A stretch of 57,049 nucleotides of DNA, filler included, from Dirinaria sp. TL-2023a (taxonomy: Eukaryota): the NCBI GenBank assembly GCA_051941275.1. It is 3 parts of 3 records of this genome, joined end to end, with 100 filler letters (N's around TTAATTAATTAA, not from the genome) between each part and the next. Parts side by side here need not be neighbours in the genome. Positions count along the whole stretch, not along the records: positions 1 to 18,955 come from JAVEBF010000358.1; positions 19,056 to 38,002 come from JAVEBF010000359.1; 1 more part is not named here. One strand, 5' to 3'. Positions 12,670 to 23,483 of this stretch are shown here, piece by piece. Each line of letters begins with the position of its first letter. Within the stretch, counting starts at the first letter, position 1. A program made the position numbers and the translations under genes. A model generated the notes under the pieces. That model did no database searches. It worked only from the letters and a program-made list of their open reading frames with translations, and was not told the origin of the DNA.

Positions 12670-14493
12670 CTATGGGTCGAGGCTCGCTGATGGATTGTCG
12701 TGCTCTGTTTCTGACGAGCTTTGGTCCTCAGGTAAAGGAATACGCGTTGGCATAACTTCACTTTCTGGCGATGTGCTAACTTCCGATTGAAGGCCACTAT
12801 TGATCGACTTTGGCGTTGTGCTAGGTTCCACCTGAAGGCTGCTGCTGACCGACATTGGCGTTGTCCTGGGTTTTACCGGAAGGCTACGACTGATCGATTC
12901 CCTAGGACGGCGGCTAGCAAGAGCTTGGTTGATAAGGCTACGACGTGTTTGATCATATCTGCCTTCGCTTGTTGTCGTTCTGCCGTCTTCTACTTTAAGA
13001 CTTGAGATCGATTCCGAATCCTTGAAAGCAGATATGCTACTTGGTGTGGAGTCATCGGAAGACACCTCCTTTTCGCGTTCATCGATGCTGTTGGGTCCAT
13101 CCTCGTCCTTCTCTATCGGATATTCCAGTTCAGCCTCAGCCATGTCACCCTTGTAATTTTTCGTCCAACTCTGGTAATTTTTCATCCAAGTCTGCGCCCA
13201 GCAAAGATTTTCGCAAAGAGGTGTGATTTTGGATTCGAACCCTTTCCTGACCTCTACGGACTCGGCAATGTTAGAGGGGCTTAATCCGCCGGATAAGCGC
13301 GCCATTGTCTCGTCGAAGCGATTTCTCAGGATCCGATTATCCCATTGATCCCTGGTGTCTATTACAAGGTCTTCTGCCTCTTCGTAATCCGGTATCGGCG
13401 GTTCCTCATCCCCTGGTGGGTCCACGGTACGGAGGAATTGAGGGTATTCTATCGCTTTCCAGGTTGGCATTATGTTGATCATCTCCCAGTCTACAATACC
13501 AATGATGTTGAAAGTCTCGGGGTCGACAAGGATATTTGCTGAGTTAAGGTCATGATGATAGAGAACTGACAACAACGGGTCCTCGTCCTCGAAGAAGACG
13601 TCAGGTAAGACGTCCAGATAACGGTAGCATTCTGTGATCATATCCGGCGCTTCATCTTCAAAATCTTCATCATAGTCTGGATCCCCTTCCACTGGCCCTG
13701 CTTTGACCCATGCCAGTTGCATGTCGATTTCAGCCTTCATCCATTCGCTGCTGCTGCGGTAAGGTCCCCGATGGCCTGGCAGATACAAGCGGCTTCCAGA
13801 ATAGAACGACCACGAGAAGATGGGGCCAATGACAAAAACCCCTTCATCCTCGTTCTCGGGAGGCGGTGGTGTTGCTTTGCGCTCCGAAACTATGGAGTCA
13901 TTCTTAGGAGGTCGTCTTAGGCCGTTGTTGAATGGTGCGTCTGTAAGGGCTGACTTGAAGTACAAGCCCCCTATGGAATCGAACTTCTGGGTTTGTAGCT
14001 GAACAATGTACCCGGCCACATCGTCAACAAGCTCCAGCTTACGCTCCCAAGGAATCTTTCTCCAGACTGTCCCCAGTTCTACACCGCTGAGTTTTCCCAT
14101 TAGAATCCACTCAAAACCCAAACTATTCAGTGCGTTCGAGTCCCAAGCAATTACGTGAGCCACAGGAATGGAGGTTTTCGCCTGCAGATACGCGAGAGTC
14201 GCAACCTCGCTCTCGGTTTTGTAAAACGGCATTACAGGCAGTGTCACACGGAAAAGATAGCTTGTCTCGTGTCCGCTGCAAGAGACAAGGTAGAGTTTAT
14301 TGAATGCTCCCTCTGAGAAGAAACTGACATCAAGCATGGCATCGTCGATGGCGCCTTGAAGCTTTGGAGAAAGGTGATGTTTCGCGAGGGTCTTAATTAT
14401 TGAGATGTCAGGCTCTCGAGGCCAAATAGGCGTTTGATTCCAGTAATTACCCTCCCATTCCAGTGGGTTCAGTAGACTTGTGTTGTTGGTCAT
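12670..14493 (-). CDS. Aminoglycoside phosphotransferase (APH/choline kinase)-family protein, intronless, 607 aa
   Basis: FFSEGAFNKLY loop, KTESEVATL, WILM, Brenner-type HHDLNSANILVD and GIVDWE motifs; acidic low-complexity C-terminus. Confidence 0.9.
   Translation of the reverse strand: MTNNTSLLNPLEWEGNYWNQTPIWPREPDISIIKTLAKHHLSPKLQGAIDDAMLDVSFFSEGAFNKLYLVSCSGHETSYLFRVTLPVMPFYKTESEVATLAYLQAKTSIPVAHVIAWDSNALNSLGFEWILMGKLSGVELGTVWRKIPWERKLELVDDVAGYIVQLQTQKFDSIGGLYFKSALTDAPFNNGLRRPPKNDSIVSERKATPPPPENEDEGVFVIGPIFSWSFYSGSRLYLPGHRGPYRSSSEWMKAEIDMQLAWVKAGPVEGDPDYDEDFEDEAPDMITECYRYLDVLPDVFFEDEDPLLSVLYHHDLNSANILVDPETFNIIGIVDWEMINIMPTWKAIEYPQFLRTVDPPGDEEPPIPDYEEAEDLVIDTRDQWDNRILRNRFDETMARLSGGLSPSNIAESVEVRKGFESKITPLCENLCWAQTWMKNYQSWTKNYKGDMAEAELEYPIEKDEDGPNSIDEREKEVSSDDSTPSSISAFKDSESISSLKVEDGRTTTSEGRYDQTRRSLINQALASRRPRESISRSLPVKPRTTPMSVSSSLQVEPSTTPKSINSGLQSEVSTSPESEVMPTRIPLPEDQSSSETEHDNPSASLDP
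12769..12903 (-). repeat. Three imperfect 45-bp (15-aa) coding tandem repeats
   Basis: RESISRSLPVKPRTT / PMSVSSSLQVEPSTT / PKSINSGLQSEVSTS in the APH C-terminal tail. Confidence 0.7.
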
Positions 14494-15510
14494 GGTTGTA
14501 CAAGAGGATGCGCCTGTAGTGATTATGTCGATGTGCTAAACGTTGCAGATTGTGGATTGATCTTATACTCTAGTGATTGAATTTATTTCTGAAGGTTGCT
14601 CTTTCGACATAAAGAACAAACAGATATTGTACAGCGAGGTGCTACGTAGTTCCTTTTGTACCCTGCCAAGGCCCTGCCAAGACCCTTGTCGCTCGCTTGT
14701 CAAACATCTTAAACACTACTATTGGCAGTGAAGATGGCGTGTCTCATAAAGCATTGTTAACAAACACAATATCATTGTCTGTCGGGCAGCTCTTTTAGCA
14801 AAGAGAGTCACCCTTTGTTTTTTCGCTGACACAATAACGAACTATCGTGAGACACGCGCGTTATTGGAATATTTCGCTAAATGGAGTTTAGTCACCGAGG
14901 CGTGCGGTAGGCCACCTGCCAGGTAGGAATCATAATTGCCCAAGTCCAAGGTGCTGTTGATTGAGTTGATGAGACTGTATTCCAATTTCCATTTGGTATA
15001 CTCAACACCGGTGTTTCGATATTCAATTGCTTACGATGAGTCCGTATCGTCCGCCAGCACAACATAACCTATCAAATGAAATGTACTCAAACAGAGTCAT
15101 TATTCTCAGCATTGGCTTATAATAGGAATCCCATTGTAATCAAGATAATGAGCTTGTGTCTTACCGAAAAATACTTTGAGAATGAGCAAGTCATTAGGCT
15201 TCCTGGCCTATGTAATGGCTCCTTTGTTTGCTGATATAAGAGTTATGTGTGGTGATATCTACTATTCTAGAGTCTTTCTTCGCAGCATCAGCTTGTGACT
15301 GTTATTCTAGTGTGATAGAGATAATGGAATTGTGAGTACAAGCTTCACCTCAAGGGTGAGCAACTCAATGGGCGTCCTGACCTATATATTTTCCACTCAC
15401 TGCTTTCTGTTCCCTGTATCCTTACCAGCAAAACACCATTCTCTCCACAAATCAAATTTAGTACCGGAAAGCTCTTTTAATATCCACAAAAACGAAAGGT
15501 CGAAATCACG

Positions 15511-15889
15511 ATGGGCGGAGGCAAGAACATAAAGCATGTTAAAGAATTTTTAGATGGCATCAATGACGAGCACTTCGAGAATTGGTCTACCAAGCAGTAC
15601 ACGATAGTGAACAATTATAAGATTGGGATGCGTCTTGACCACCAAGGGGTAAGTTGACATTGCCATACAAAGTGTTCTAAATACTGACTGCATACAGATG
15701 AACCAAGACGGCACCCACCGTATCTGGATCCAGCCACTTTCAAAAGGCAAGTCACGAAATATTAGCGCTGCTGGAAGCGGTAATTATATCGCTCGAGCGC
15801 ACGTGGCCGATGGCTCGTCTCCAGCTGATGTCAAGGCAGCGCTGGTCGAGAGCACAGAGAAAACGGGCTCAATGGTCAACGTGGGATAA
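15511..15889 (+). CDS. Small hypothetical protein, 109 aa; exons 15511-15648 and 15698-15889
   Basis: ATG at 15511 opens 46 codons (MGGGKNIKHVKEFLDGINDEHFENW...RLDHQG). A canonical 49-nt phase-0 intron GTAAGT..ACTGAC..CAG joins it to ORF 15698-15889. Confidence 0.75.
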
Positions 15890-16889
15890 GGAGATGCAAC
15901 CAGGGAGGCGAGGGCTTAGGTCTCGAGGGAAGCAGGCTGAAGTGTAGGCTGGACTCCACTTCATCGTGAGCTGAGCTCTACTTCTTCGACTTTTGCCCGC
16001 CCCCCCCCCGCTTGCACTGCGAAGGGGCATTTATCTAGCTTGCGTGTGCTTGTCATTCTGGGAAGGCAATTTGAAACCAGTAGCGAGAATAGCACCTCCT
16101 TACAATGGCAGATCTTAAATCATATCCATCGTACCATGATTTAAATATGTGACACTGGAGATGTCGAGCTCGACGCTTCTAGCAGGGTGCAAATTTCAAG
16201 TACACCAGGAATTCATGATAAAAATTCAATGTGAGAAGACGAAGACGTACTTATTAACTATAGAATAGCTACCGTTGGACTGGCAAACCGTTGAAGGTAT
16301 TTCAGCCACAGTAAGGACATCGAAAGTATGGATGACGCACTAATAGCTCAGTTCAGCACCTGCTCTTGCAAATGGGTGGGCCACTGCTCCTAACTAAAGA
16401 GGTACAGCAAAGTAGGCGTATAAAGTTGTCAAAAGGAAGCGTGTGAAGAACGATCGATGGAACAATTTTGAACTGTGTAATTGAGCATAAGGCTACTCCA
16501 TCAGAATCAGTTTCATTTTTGTATTTGCTTACCTCAGCGCCTCTCTTGATGAGGTAAGCAAGCCGGCCGGATATCCGGCGCCGTCCTTGCACAATTGACT
16601 TTACTTCATCTCGAACAGCGTATGTTATAGACCAGCCAGTTGTTCATTATCTGCACCTTGGTCAAGGTCAATATGGCTGCTGACAAATTGCACTTCACTA
16701 CATCATCTCCACTGTCTTTCATCTAGTGGAATGGCTTATAAAGCGCTTGATAAGAAAGACCCGAAGGATGCGCCTCTCAATGACCCCGCAGGACCTATAA
16801 CAATGAATATTCATTCTGCTCGAAGTTGGCCGACATTGAAATTCTTCTCTGTTTGACCCAAATATTTCAAGATAGTCACAAGATACAGT

Positions 16890-17703
16890 ATGTCCGACCC
16901 AGTCGTGCTCATCTTCGGAGCCGGTGCCAGAGTGGGCCTTTCCATCGCCAGCAAGTTCAAGCAGCAAGGCTATAAAGTCGCTGCCGTGTCTCGAACGATC
17001 AAGGACGATTTGAAGGAGGTCGCGCATCAAACTATTTCAAGCAGTCTCACACCTGAAGAAGTCTCGAAGGCTTTTCAGCAGGTCGAGCAAGGGCTCGGGC
17101 CTCCTAATGTAGTCGTCTACAACGGTCAGTCATTCTCTTCGCGATTGGCTTTACTTGTCTCTGATATATACAGCCTACGCTGTTGGCTTCACTAGTGGTG
17201 ACGACCCGCTGTCTTTATCCACTTCCGATTTCTCCAAAGACCTCGATGTCAACGTGACATCTGCCTATGCGGCGGCCTCCCTTGCTGCCACTGCATTTAC
17301 CAGGGTCGCCGCTTCGCTTCCAAAGGTCTTCATCTACACCGGAAACATGTGTAGCTACCTTGCTATACCTGAATCCTTCAGCTTGGGAGTAGGGAAGAAC
17401 GCCATGGCCTACGTGATCCAGACGGCGGCCGAGACCTATGGCATCAGAGGAAAGGGCGAAAAAGGATTTTGGTATTTTGCAGATCAACGATTTAACGATG
17501 GTACATCTGTGATGGCGCACATCGATGGCGAGGCCCATGGCGAATACTATTGGAGTCTTGTAAACCAGAACACTCAGGGCGCGTGGAACAGCACCTTTGT
17601 TAAGGGGAAAGGGTATAAGAGGTTTGACGGTGAGTTGAAGAGGGAGTTTATAGGCATGATGGAGCTTGTTCAGCAGGCAGATGAGCGTAAGGGAGAACTA
17701 TAA
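16890..17703 (+). CDS. Atypical short-chain dehydrogenase/reductase; intron 17125-17173
   Basis: Rossmann VVLIFGAGARVG, VVVYNA, FIYTGN; LGVGK replaces YxxxK. The intron joins the two ORFs in frame. Confidence 0.88.
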
Positions 17704-18217
17704 CGACGTTGGCCTGAAGCGCAGGTCTTGAGATAACCGCTATGTTACTCAGAACCACGGGACACCCATTATGTAAGCTCAGTCTTCTCGGAACCAATGT
17801 TTCAACCTCACGCACCTACAGTGCCTATAATACCTTTCTCTTTCTTGGGATTCTTCTTTTCTCTTTCTCTCTTAGCCGGGAAACTCACTTCAAGATGTTG
17901 TTTCAAGGCCCACCTGTGCACAGTACATCCAAAAAGGTGGCGCACCAACAGACACAGACATCATTATTTAGGTGTATGTACGGCCCCTAGCTGAGCTTGT
18001 TAAGCTCAATGTTGGTGTTTCAGCATCGCCGCTCTCATGCAGGAGACATGGGTTTTGTCCTATTACATATGTTTAAATCCGATCCCTTGCTATCTCCTAA
18101 CTCCGCAGCTTTTGGTAGTAGATAACTTCCAGAGCGGGAAGTTATTTCTCAAGTCCTTATATGTACACTGCATGATTCTCTAGCAGTCTTGATAACACAA
18201 TCGAGGAATCCGCAGAA

Positions 18218-18955
18218 ATGGCAGATAAAACCATCGTCCTCATCACAGGCGCGAACACGGGCCTAGGCTTGGAAACCGTCAAATCGCTCTACACGAGCTC
18301 GACAAAAGCATACCACATCATCCTCGGATCTCGCTCACTCGCCAAAGCCAACGAAGCCATCGCCTCCCTCCAAACCCCCGAATCTACCACAGCAAACTCC
18401 CAATCCACTCTCGAAGCCGTGTCCATCGACCTAGAAAGCGACAGCTCAATCGCAGCCGCCTACTCCCAGATCAGCAGCACGCAACCTCGGATCGACGCAC
18501 TAGTGAACAACGGCGGCGCCGCGTTCGACGGCGAAATCGCCAAAAACAGCATGAGCATCCGCGAAGCCTGGCTCAAAGCGTACGACATCAACGTCGCAGG
18601 CACCCAAGTTCTAACCACGACCTTCATGCCTTTACTCCTCCGATCCCCGGCCCCGCGCCTCCTCTTCATCACGAGCGGCGGCTCCAGCCTCTCCATCGCT
18701 GCGGATCAGAACCAGCCGCGGTACCCGGTCCCGGAGGCCGGGTGGCCGAAGCCGATAGCCAGGACTTTTACGGCGTATCGGAGTAGCAAGACGGCGCTGA
18801 ATATGCTCATGCTCGATTGGCATCGCGTGCTGAGGAATGATGGGGTTAAGGTTTGGGCTATAAGTCCTGGCATATTGGCGACGGGGCTGGGAGGCGATCC
18901 CGAGACGTTGAAGAAGATGGGCGCCGAGGATCCCGCGGTGGGTGGGGGTTTTGTG
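18218..18955 (+). CDS. Classical short-chain dehydrogenase/reductase, 3' end lost in the assembly gap
   Basis: VLITGANTGLG, IDALVNNGG, catalytic YRSSK, VKVWAISPG; the frame runs into the N-run. Confidence 0.93.
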
Positions 18956-19055
18956 NNNNNNNNNNNNNNNNNNNNNNNNNNNNNNNNNNNNNNNNNNNNT
19001 TAATTAATTAANNNNNNNNNNNNNNNNNNNNNNNNNNNNNNNNNNNNNNNNNNNN
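18956..19055. other. Artificial contig spacer N44-TTAATTAATTAA-N44
   Basis: Exactly 100 nt with a palindromic 12-mer giving stops in all six frames; identical copy at 38003-38102. Confidence 0.97.
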
Positions 19056-20353
19056 CAGATTGTTGACTTGCTACGAAGAATGCTCGACAGGCCTGATCGT
19101 CGACCAGACGCTGAGCAGGTCTGGAAGACCTTGACCACATGTACAGCCGAGAATGACATATTCTTTTGTGGACCATGCTGCATGCCACTGGTGCACTATG
19201 ATCCAATTCTTACAAACAATCTGTTGGAGGATCCCGCGGAGGCACAATATGCCTCGGACTTGTCAACGACAGACGCCGTGCGGGTGATCACTGATAATTA
19301 CTTCAGCGAGCATTACAATGAAGACCAGCAACTCGATCTCCGCTGGGTACGCAACTTAAGACACTGGAACCACTCGATCCTTGATGTTGTGCAAGACGGG
19401 ACCCTCCCACATCTGCTGGCACGCAAGCGACTGCAACCTTTGGAGAACAGTGATCTCGACGCATCTATATACGCCAGAAACGAAGCGGAGATACTCAGAG
19501 TGATGGACCATCGCCATATCGTAAAGCTTTATGGCACATACCTGCAGGGCAATATCCATACACTGCTCTACGAGCCAGCTGCCGATCGTGACCTACGCAG
19601 CTACCTGGAACTGGTCGCGCTCAAACACGAACGGAACGAGATTGCAACTACGGGGAAAGAGTTTGAGTTTCTGACTCGGTGCTTTGGGTGTTTGGCAAAC
19701 GCCATGGCCCATCTTCACAATAGAGGGTATGATCACAACGACATCAGGCCCGAAAATATCCTAGTCCATGACATGGGCAAAAAGCCTAGAATCTTCCTTT
19801 CTAAATTTTCTTTTGGACTCAAATTCGAAGGAGCAAGTGCTAGCGGGAAGAATTGGCGCTTTATAAACGGCTTTGGAAAGCTTTCGCTTACAAGGAGCCC
19901 CCAGATGGTACCTAGGTCCAAGAACGAAAAGAACTTAATGGTACGGAGCTCACTTCATCCCTGCCTTAAACTTCTGACGATCGGGCTGACGTTTCCCAGG
20001 GCCAGTATCGAGCCCCAGGACAAGAAGCAACATTAGTGGGACAACCAGAGGCTGACGTATTCGCCTTGGGTTGCGTCTTCCTCGAGATGTGCACTGTGCT
20101 CTGCGGCCGCAAAGTTCGGGATTTCGAAGCCTATCGGGCCAACAGCGATGGCGACATCGCTTACTGCAACACCATCTCCAAAGCGCTTAAGTGGCAGCCG
20201 TTATCGAACATGAAACAAGTCCTCGACGTTATCAAAGGCATGGTAGATCAGGATGCAAAGCAGCGTCCCACAGCTTTGGAGATTTCTCAAGCCCTGAGCA
20301 AATGTAAGAATTCAAACGGAACGCCATTTGTCGGAGATTGCGCGGCATCATAG
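19056..20353 (+). CDS. Tandem kinase protein, 5'-truncated by the gap: tail of kinase domain 1 plus a complete pseudokinase domain 2; intron 19941-19999
   Basis: Starts with subdomain XI-like LLRRMLDRPDRRPDAEQV. Then LARKRL, NEAEIL, HRHIVKLYGTY, HNDIRPENILV, SKFSFG (in place of DFG), YRAPG, ADVFALGCVFLEM and QRPTALEI. Confidence 0.85.
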
Positions 20354-20447
20354 GAGCCAACAAACACACCAGAGTGCCTCATGACTTCCTAGTCCCTGTA
20401 GCGTTTCCTGTGCTATGGTGCGAGCATCCTCTGGAATCTGACATTAT

Positions 20448-22326
20448 TCAAATTCGAATCTCTTCTAGCGGTCTAATAACCTTGCTGTAGAAATTATGCG
20501 AAAGTTTTGTTGAGATACATTCATGTGTTTCGTCATCAGATACATCGATATCGAAAGCCGCCGGACCCACTAAGCAGCTTAGAGTAGCGTCTCTATATCT
20601 GCATCCAGCATTTGCACTCACGGCATCAAGATGTACGCTTTCGTCAAGCAGTCGAAATTGAATGTTGGCCAAGACAGCGTCGTCCAATGACTTCGGGTCT
20701 CCAAGTTTTAACACTTCATCAACGCTTTGCCAAATTGCAATCTCAAGAAGAACAATTCCCAAGCTATAAATGTCGAACGTCCTCTTGAAACCCTGTCTTC
20801 CCTCCCAGGGCCCGAGTCCATGAGTTCTTGGGTGCCTGTACATGTCTTGTTCGGGATATTTGGATGGAATTTCAGTCATGTCCTCCCTGAGAGCAGGCCG
20901 CGCATACCCGAATCCTGAGAGCATTGGACATGAGTAGTCAATAACACTATGCCCTGCTTCAAAAAATATGATGTTTGCACTGCGAAGGCTCTTGTGCAAC
21001 CAATCAACGGAGTGCAAGGACATTAAGCAATTGGACACTGCTTTAGCTAATGCGACACGTTTTGTCAGGTCTGGCTTGGTCTTCAGCTCCAACAACTGCC
21101 TTAGGGATATAGGTTTCCCTGCTTTGTGAAACGGCTGTTCAAAAACAAAACCTAGCCGGCCTTTGCGAAATCGTCTTCCTGGATTTTTGCTGTCATCAAA
21201 ATAGCCTAGGCAATTAGGGACGCGCAAGATCTCGGGTTTGTTGCGGTTAGCAAGTAGCGCCACCAGCTTGTCTATGCGGGTCAGGTTGTAATGGTCGCCA
21301 TCGGAGTTTACCTGCATAGCTAGGTCATAATCCCGCCATTCAATCCACACACGCTGCTTGAGCTTATTCGCAGACTGATAAATGGCTTCGCACCGACTGT
21401 CGGCAACGCTCGAACCCAAGGTCAGTTGGATCTCTGAACAGTTGATTTTTACGTCTTTGGGCGGTCTGTAGATGCGACCATGAGCATCTATCTCGAAATG
21501 ATTCTCTGCCTGGATTGCAGCGTTCATAGCTTTGAAACATGCCAGACCAGCTAGTTCCTGTGTTCGCGTGATGTCTGGAGAACTAGCATGGTGCACTGTC
21601 GATATTGGAGGTGTGCCTGAAGGCCCCAGTGCTTTGATCAGCTCGACCAACTCATCGATCTTGCCATGGAGATGCAGTATGGTAGTGTTCGTTTCTCGCG
21701 TCGAACGACTTATAGCCATGCGCGCGTCGCTGTCGACTAGATCAATTAAAACATCGTTGAGTTCACGTAGCTGATTGATAAGCTTCTCGTATCTGTCTTT
21801 GTAGAAGCTTGCCCACTTCAACCTTCTTGGCAGGCTACGAACAAGGGGTAACGAGTGCTTGGTTTTCTTCAGGAACTGCATCGTATCAGGGAATTGACAG
21901 GACTCTTCGTTATGGGACTTCTCTTCGAAGTGGTCCTCATCAGGAATTAGACCCCCAAATGTGTCCTTGCACTTGATGAAGTCGACTGCTAGGTTTTGAA
22001 TTTGAGCTAAGGTATCGAGGACGGTGCTACGGCTCAAGCCTAGTAAATGCTGACTGGGAAAAGCTTCATCCTTTTCCAAAAATTTCAGCAGACCAATCTC
22101 AGAGCTCCAGATATAGAGTCTTTGTTGCTCAAGCCGGAGTCGGGTCGTAAGATATCTGAAATCGGGTTCTAAGTTCTTTGCGGTCGATATCAGGTGGATA
22201 GCTATGATATGTTATTAGGGCACCCATTGAGACCCAGAACATTGTACCTTGCATGGCACCAGTGAAACACTGTGCAGCAAGAGATGTGACTGCTAATCCG
22301 ATACCAGAAGCCGATATTGGATCCAT
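20448..22326 (-). CDS. HeLo (prion-inhibition/HET-S N-terminal) domain + C-terminal pseudokinase, about 610 aa; exons 22326-22248 and 22201-20448
   Basis: Hydrophobic N-terminus MDPISASGIGLAVTSLAAQCF, RLRLEQQRLYIW and RRLKWA...LINQLRELNDVL are HeLo-like. Kinase-like WLHKSLRSANIIFF, LSGFGYARP, YRHP and DIYSLGIVLLEIAIW. 46-nt intron GTACAA..CTAAT..ATAG. Confidence 0.88.
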
Positions 22327-23264
22327 ATTGACGTAGTTCGATCGAAGATTGAAACGATCGTCAATTTAACCACGTGAGAACTCGAAATCAATTCCTACAA
22401 TGGTGAAAATACAGCATCTCGATGTTAGAGCCAACATTTTGGTGAGATAAACCTCTACTTTATATGTTTGCAGCCCATAATCAGATTCTCAAACGAGAGG
22501 CTAAATAGTAAGGCAATTTCAAGGCGCCTAGTATGATTGACGTTATGCAGTCGGGCGTTCTAATCTCAGTCAGCTCAAACTCGCGTATAGCTGCTATAAT
22601 GCTGAAAAGCTCGTGGTGATTGTAGTTCCGGTGCTGTCAATGACAATAAATTCGCTTACTCGAACATGGAAATGTTCGTCAACTTGATGACGCGTAATTG
22701 AAGTCGTGAATAAACGAACGGCTTATCAAGAGAAGCAGCGAGTAGCTAGCCGTAGGTCCCTCACCAAAGATGGCAAACGGTCATTAAGTGGAGGACCGAC
22801 CGTTGTGGTATCACGGGCGCAAGTTTGCGTGGAAGACGCATGTCCAATGAATTGCATGACCATACCAGTGGAGGTTGATTTTGTTGGCAAGGTGGTCGAA
22901 TAGATGGATCGGACTTCCGTACATACAGGTTCTCGGCACTCATAATACCGATCACAAATTTAGGTATAATATGAAGACAAATTGCTCGTTTCCAATTTGT
23001 CTTGTGGCTACGTGATGATACCTCGTAAGGTAGGTAGGTGAGGTAAGGTAAAGTACAGTAGGTAAAGTGTAACTACAGCCGTCCGTCCCTCGGTGTGGGG
23101 GTCCCATCCAAGGTTTCCGAAAGCAGCTAGACTGGAGCATGCCAAGATCAAAGGTTAAGCGAGGAGCCACACCACTAAATTCGGGATATGCTAATACTCA
23201 CCAGCATCGAGAATTGCATCAAACGCTACGACCGATAGCGCTGAGGGACGAATTCACATTCGAG

Positions 23265-23461
23265 GTATGTTATTGTGTCTCTATCCAATTACCCTTTGTG
23301 TCTCGAAAAGCGTGCAACTCGTACGTCTTTCCCACAACCACAGCCAGCACGCCAGAGTTGGGCCAGCACTTCACTGCATTATTAAAGCCAGCGATTTCTT
23401 ACCTGGCAATTTTTGTTCAAACATTTGACTGAGGGTGCTGATCGATTTTGTTGCAATCTAG
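23265..23461 (+). other. Probable 5'-UTR intron of RPS8 (197 nt)
   Basis: GTATGT donor at 23265, GCTGAT branch at about 23437, CTAG acceptor at 23461, 22 nt before the ATG. Confidence 0.65.
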
Positions 23462-23483
23462 TCGCTCGTAGCCCACCGCGATC

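Noticed and set aside
13225..13245. tRNA T-loop-like GGTTCGAATCC on the minus strand
   Set aside because: Lies inside the APH CDS (encoding GFES) and no cloverleaf can be built. Similar partial motifs near 622 and 29315 also fail.
19000..19011. TTAATTAATTAA palindrome as a biological element or transposon target site
   Set aside because: It is centred in symmetric 44-N runs and repeated identically at 38047-38058, so it is an assembly linker.
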